Positions 15,128-18,752 of a stretch of DNA of 18,752 bases are shown one piece after another. A model generated the notes under the pieces. The model worked only from the letters and a program-made list of their open reading frames with translations. It did no database searches and was not told where the DNA came from. The DNA is from Candidatus Hermodarchaeum yapensis (GTDB taxonomy: Archaea > Asgardarchaeota > Hermodarchaeia > Hermodarchaeales > Hermodarchaeaceae), in the NCBI GenBank assembly GCA_016840405.1, contig JAEOSK010000044.1, positions 1-18,752 on the forward strand. The letters are read 5' to 3'. The position numbers were made by a program, and so were the translations under genes. Within the stretch, counting starts at the first letter, position 1, and each line of letters starts with the position of its first letter.

Positions 15128-15703
15128 GTGTCATCAAAATCTACGAAGAAATCATCTGCAACCAAGAAATCTTCAACCACCAAGACGAAGACCAAAACAC
15201 CAGCAAAGAGTAAACCTAAGGCTACAAAGAAACCCACGACCAAGGCTAAGGCCAAAACGACTAAAGCAACGCCAAAAGCTACTACAAAAGTCATCAAAGC
15301 TACCGATTATGCTGCCCTCTTGCAACGTGCTCGTGAACAGATTCCTCCGGAAGTCTTTGATCAACCCCGATTTCGTGTCCCTGAGGTTGATTCGTTCATC
15401 CAGGGCACCCGTACGGTGGTTCGCAATTACAAGGACATTACGGATACACTTCGTCGGGATCCCAAACACCTTCTCCGCTATCTTGCCCACGAACTCGCGA
15501 CAGCGGGTGAAATCCGTAGTCCTCAAGCATTCTTCAATGGACGATTTTCATCCCGAGTATTTGAGGAGCTAATAGGGAAATATACGGATGAATTCGTTGT
15601 GTGCCCAGTCTGTCATCGTCCAGATACAGAAATTCGCCGTGAGGATCGGCTTCTCATCCTAGTGTGCAGTGCATGTGGTGGACGAACCCCATTAAAGGGA
15701 TAA
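15128..15703 (+). CDS. eif2b: Translation initiation factor 2 beta subunit (aIF2beta) with a Lys/Thr-rich N-terminal extension
   Basis: DYAALLQRA...RFRVPE..IQGTRTVVRNY..I...LRRDPKHLL..LAHELATAG, plus zinc ribbon CPVCHRPDT...CSACG. GTG start with GAGG upstream. Confidence 0.93.
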   Translation: MSSKSTKKSSATKKSSTTKTKTKTPAKSKPKATKKPTTKAKAKTTKATPKATTKVIKATDYAALLQRAREQIPPEVFDQPRFRVPEVDSFIQGTRTVVRNYKDITDTLRRDPKHLLRYLAHELATAGEIRSPQAFFNGRFSSRVFEELIGKYTDEFVVCPVCHRPDTEIRREDRLLILVCSACGGRTPLKG

Positions 15704-15722
15704 AAATCGAGAGCGGATGTGA

Positions 15723-16022
15723 ATGCGAGTCTATCTGAATCAGATGCAACGTGAAGGCGAATACATCGTCGCAATCTGCGACCAAAACATCATTGGCCAA
15801 TTCTTTGAAGAGGGAGACCGCTGCATCCATGTTAATGAGAAATTCTACAAAGGCGAACTTGTCACCGTTGAAGAGGGGCTAGCAGCATTGGAGCAAGCGA
15901 CCATCGCTAATATTGTCGGTGAATGTATCGTGGAAAAAGCCTTGGAAGCCCAATTAATTCACGAACGAGGCATTATTCGCATTCAGAATGTCCCCCATGC
16001 GCAATTAGTTGTGACCAAATGA
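15723..16022 (+). CDS. DUF424-family protein
   Basis: IVAICD..IIG..FEEG...IHVNEKFYKG...A..ANIVG...V..A....I..I.NVPHAQ pattern, and the conserved position next to aIF2beta and Nmd3. Confidence 0.88.
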   Translation: MRVYLNQMQREGEYIVAICDQNIIGQFFEEGDRCIHVNEKFYKGELVTVEEGLAALEQATIANIVGECIVEKALEAQLIHERGIIRIQNVPHAQLVVTK

Positions 16023-16028
16023 ATTAAA

Positions 16029-17099
16029 ATGACCCGTCACTGCCCTAAATGTGGACAAGAGCCTTCCAAAACAAAACCCTTCATCGAAGGATTTTGCGCA
16101 AACTGCTACTTTGAGCGACAGCCACTAATTGTGCTCCGCCACCCCCCTCAAGCCAAAATCTGTCCCCGCTGTCAAGCCTATTATCACCGGGGGAAATGGA
16201 TCCGCCAAGGGGAGAAAACCCAACCGGATCACCTTTACGATATGGTCTGTGATCTGCTTGATCCGTTATTCTTACCCAGTCAGCCTGCTGCCTTTGAAAT
16301 TCAACTCCTTGAGCCACCACTAGGCGATTCAGCGAAAATAAAGGCGGTTCAGGTTGAAATCACCGCTAAGGCTGATGAGTATCCCCATGAAGAACAACAG
16401 GTTCTCACTATTCCTGTCACCCCGATATTATGTAATCAATGCAAACAGACGGCAGGAGGCTATTTTGAAGCCGTACTTCAAATTCGTTCTTTCTCGGGAA
16501 AACTTGACCCTGATCAAGGCGATCAGATTGTAGCCTATCTAAACCAACGACTAATCGAAAATGATGCGCCAACTTCCTCGTTAAAATTTCAAGAAACGCG
16601 GGGAGGATTTGACGCGAAATGCATATCGGGTCGATTATGTCGGAGTCTGGCTAAGAATCTGGCTGAGCAATTTGGGCTCATAGCAACGACTTCGAGTAAA
16701 GTTGCGGGACGAACGCGCGATGGCAAGACCCTCCGACGAGATACATACCTGCTACGATTTCCACCCTACCAGGTTCAAGATGTTATTGCCTACAAACAAC
16801 AACCCTTTGTAATCACTGGCATACGAAACGGTCGCTATACCCTTACCAACCCGGTTACCGAGCAGCGAGAAACCTTGAGCCCGAAGGACCTTGCTGAAAT
16901 TGATGCGGAACTCTTGAATGATGAGGTAGAGACCTATCAGGTGATTTCCAAAGAGGCAGAGGTGTACCAGTTGATGAGCCAGGCGGATTATTCGATCTTT
17001 GATCTTCTCCCTCCGACACAGGAGTTGCAGGTTGGCGCTATGGTTCGGGCAATTGAATGGCAAAACCAACTTGTGCTTCTGCCCGAAATTGAAGAATAA
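16029..17099 (+). CDS. nmd3: NMD3-family ribosome maturation protein
   Basis: Four CxxC pairs (CPKC, CANC, CPRC, CNQC), the hallmark GYFEAVLQIR, GGFD and KVAGRTRDGK motifs, and a C-terminal beta-rich extension. Confidence 0.92.
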   Translation: MTRHCPKCGQEPSKTKPFIEGFCANCYFERQPLIVLRHPPQAKICPRCQAYYHRGKWIRQGEKTQPDHLYDMVCDLLDPLFLPSQPAAFEIQLLEPPLGDSAKIKAVQVEITAKADEYPHEEQQVLTIPVTPILCNQCKQTAGGYFEAVLQIRSFSGKLDPDQGDQIVAYLNQRLIENDAPTSSLKFQETRGGFDAKCISGRLCRSLAKNLAEQFGLIATTSSKVAGRTRDGKTLRRDTYLLRFPPYQVQDVIAYKQQPFVITGIRNGRYTLTNPVTEQRETLSPKDLAEIDAELLNDEVETYQVISKEAEVYQLMSQADYSIFDLLPPTQELQVGAMVRAIEWQNQLVLLPEIEE

Positions 17100-17102
17100 T
17101 AA

Positions 17103-17123
17103 CTGGATAAAGCTATTCTAACA
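17103..17123 (+). repeat. Direct repeat copy A (CTGGATAAAGCTATTCTAACA)
   Basis: 20/21 identical to 17930-17950. Confidence 0.8.
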
Positions 17124-17282
17124 CATTCAGGTTTGGTGCGTTAATATTAGATAGAATTCTGAGAGGGAGCTAAGATTTGCTAAGCAATTTACGCAAAGCA
17201 TCTGGAAACCAAATTTCCTTGTCTTGATAGAGTTGGGGTGACTCGTTGCGAAGGAAGCCTTAAAAGAACCCATTGAAAAGAC

Positions 17283-17837
17283 TTGGTTGAGGTATGGTTT
17301 TTGCAGAGTAACGGGAGTCAAAAGGGTGACATAAAGTGGTTAGATACAGCGCGGAATCGCTTACTAGTGGTGACCCTGACCATTTGGATGGCGTTGGCAG
17401 CCCTTGTGGGCCGTACGTGGTTCCTTGCAATACGGTATCTTCCAACAATGATAGGGAATCCTCTTGAGGTTCTGGCGGCAGTAGCGTTCTTTCGCTCCTT
17501 TCGGATAGGTTACGGGTGGCTCTTCGTAGCTGTCTGCACGAGTCTTGTCATTCTCCTTCAGGTCTTTATGACGCGGGCTCAATTGCGGCATATCGGCACA
17601 ACCACAGCAGGAAATAGCATCCTCCTGCCAGCTATTATCATCGGAGGGATAATCCGAATAATGTTGTATCCCATGGTAGATGGATACAGGCAAATTATCC
17701 TGCCCTATTTCCTGTTACTCCTTGTAGGGCTGGGGCTTCCAGGATTCCTACTTACCTATGTTCTCTATGGACGGTGGGAAACCCAACATCAGAGGATGCT
17801 GATCTTGTTGGGCTGGCGTCTTCAAGTCAGCAGCTAA
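17283..17837 (+). CDS. Hypothetical integral membrane protein (4-5 TM); start uncertain (TTG 17283 or 17301)
   Basis: 184-codon ORF with several hydrophobic segments and no recognisable family. Confidence 0.65.
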   Translation: MVEVWFLQSNGSQKGDIKWLDTARNRLLVVTLTIWMALAALVGRTWFLAIRYLPTMIGNPLEVLAAVAFFRSFRIGYGWLFVAVCTSLVILLQVFMTRAQLRHIGTTTAGNSILLPAIIIGGIIRIMLYPMVDGYRQIILPYFLLLLVGLGLPGFLLTYVLYGRWETQHQRMLILLGWRLQVSS

Positions 17838-17848
17838 AATTGACATAC

Positions 17849-17879
17849 AAGGTGTGGAATAGTAATATTCTGACACTTT
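17849..17879 (+). terminator. GNRA-capped hairpin followed by T-tract; degenerate third copy of the 17103/17930 repeat
   Basis: AAGGTGT-GGAATA-GTAA-TATTCT-G-ACACTTT, 11 nt after the stop of 17283..17837. Confidence 0.5.
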
Positions 17880-17929
17880 TCAGGCTTATTGTGACAGTTT
17901 TAGACAGAAAACAATGATTGTTGCGTTAT

Positions 17930-17950
17930 CTGGATGAAGCTATTCTAACA
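17930..17950 (+). repeat. Direct repeat copy B (CTGGATGAAGCTATTCTAACA)
   Basis: 20/21 identical to 17103-17123. Confidence 0.8.
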
Positions 17951-18100
17951 TTTTTGGCATGATAAGATTATAGAGATCCATAGTTTGCTAGGGGTCAGGA
18001 TTTTTCTACAGCCTCACAGCCTGAGGAGCCAATGTGCTTCTATTATTTACTGAATCTAAAATAACTTAGCTTACTAAGGAGTTCAAGGCGTTAAGGCGAG

Positions 18101-18481
18101 TTATGCTTTCTCTTCCCGTGGTATCATCCTTCCTGCAATGAGCACTATCAACCCCGGTACCAACCCTCCGAACACTAACCCAAGGGCGCCTGTGACGATG
18201 AAACCAGTCCTGTGGGCGCTGGGATCACGTCGCCAGTGGAACCAGAGAAATGTAAAGATGATTCCAAGGATTCCATGAACCATATACAAGCCGATTAGAA
18301 AGTGTGTGAACATGGTGACAAAGGCTAGCGCCTCACTTGCTGGAGGTGTTGGTAACAGTGCTATTGATACTGCTAAGATTGCTGGTAGGAACAGGACACC
18401 GATGAAGGCGTTTACAACGAATAGGATTTGGAGAATTACTCCAACAAGGACTAGCGTTCTAATCGTATCTTCTTTCGACAT
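18101..18481 (-). CDS. Hypothetical small membrane protein (~3 TM, 126 aa); the ORF track starts at GTG 18493
   Basis: Highly hydrophobic ORF ending GLVPGLIVLIAG. A strong GGAGGTG RBS sits about 9 nt before ATG 18481. Confidence 0.75.
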   Translation of the reverse strand: MSKEDTIRTLVLVGVILQILFVVNAFIGVLFLPAILAVSIALLPTPPASEALAFVTMFTHFLIGLYMVHGILGIIFTFLWFHWRRDPSAHRTGFIVTGALGLVFGGLVPGLIVLIAGRMIPREEKA

Positions 18482-18752
18482 GGTCCATGTCACCTCCCTC
18501 AGCTATTATTCTCCACGGATTATTTTAATGAATGCCATCCCAAATTGGGCTAAAGTTTGTGTTGAGCGAATGAAACCATACGGGGCTATAGTGTAACTTT
18601 TGGTGTAGGTTTTGCTTGTGTTCTTTTCACGACCAGATTAGAAGAAGGCAGTTACAGAAGTTAGCTGCGCTGTTTGTTCTATTGGAGAATCGACTTGTAG
18701 AGAGCAATTTTAAATAGGTGTCTTCCTGTTGTAGCTCATCCAATTAAGGAGA

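Noticed and set aside
15078-15572. 164-aa Arg/Gln/Pro-rich alternative-frame ORF, and antisense ORF 15173..15526, over aIF2beta
   Set aside because: These are shadows of the low-complexity A/C-rich tail, and the ORF start lies in the probable promoter. The aIF2beta frame is intact, so no frameshift is needed.
442-17693. Numerous short ORF-track entries overlapping the assigned genes (e.g. 442..726, 1194..1664, 4236..4589, 5076..5408, 8686..8979, 12325..12588, 16752..17069, 17364..17693)
   Set aside because: They are antisense or out-of-frame shadows of well-supported genes, with no motifs or RBS.
17103-17950. CRISPR array or Xer/dif site interpretation of the 21-bp repeats
   Set aside because: There are only 2-3 copies with irregular spacing (hundreds of bp, then tens of bp) and no cas genes. 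The repeats lack the 11-6-11 inverted-arm layout of dif.
18013-18025. CTCACAGCCTGAG resembles the tRNA anticodon/intron segment CTCACAG...GCCTGAG
   Set aside because: Two 7-nt matches separated by a gap are compatible with chance, and no other tRNA elements are nearby.
17943-18106. Integron attC-like site on the minus strand (GCATAAC overlapping the stop of the 18101 gene ... GTTAGAA)
   Set aside because: The 164-bp span exceeds usual attC sizes, no complementary L''/L' boxes can be drawn, and there is no integrase in the window.
18591-18657. TGTAAC...GTTACA inverted pair resembling attC R boxes
   Set aside because: The interior does not pair, and a 6-bp match is expected by chance.
18306-18752. 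ORF 18306..18596 (+) and a possible gene end at 18710..18752 (-, ...LLNWMSYNRKTPI*)
   Set aside because: The first is mostly antisense to the 18101 gene. The second is too short to support without sequence beyond the window.

Overview
Archaeal chromosomal window, most likely from an Asgard-type archaeon. This is an inference from eL38, a presenilin-like protease, a longin-tailed giant surface protein and an RPA32-like protein. Gene order: partial Lrp/AsnC regulator, sucC-sucD, an effector-less STAND NTPase-TPR gene on the minus strand, rpl40e (absent from the ORF track), intron-containing tRNA-Val(CAC), rpl38e, a minus-strand beta-CASP RNase plus presenilin pair, PAC2-family proteasome chaperone, free-standing tRNA-binding (Trbp111/MetRS-C) protein, a 1422-aa type I membrane protein (glycosylated beta-sandwich ectodomain, one TM helix, cytoplasmic longin-like domain), RPA32-like protein, aIF2beta-DUF424-Nmd3, and an AT-rich accessory end with two small membrane-protein genes. 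The most notable observations are: a 57-aa Lys/Thr-rich N-terminal extension on aIF2beta, a receptor-like Ig-TM-longin protein near a presenilin with type-I-cleaving topology, a tRNA intron with non-canonical or possibly nested BHB geometry, a compositionally mosaic NLR-like gene, and a 21-bp direct repeat/hairpin family flanking an orphan membrane gene. All calls were made by eye from motifs; no searches were run.
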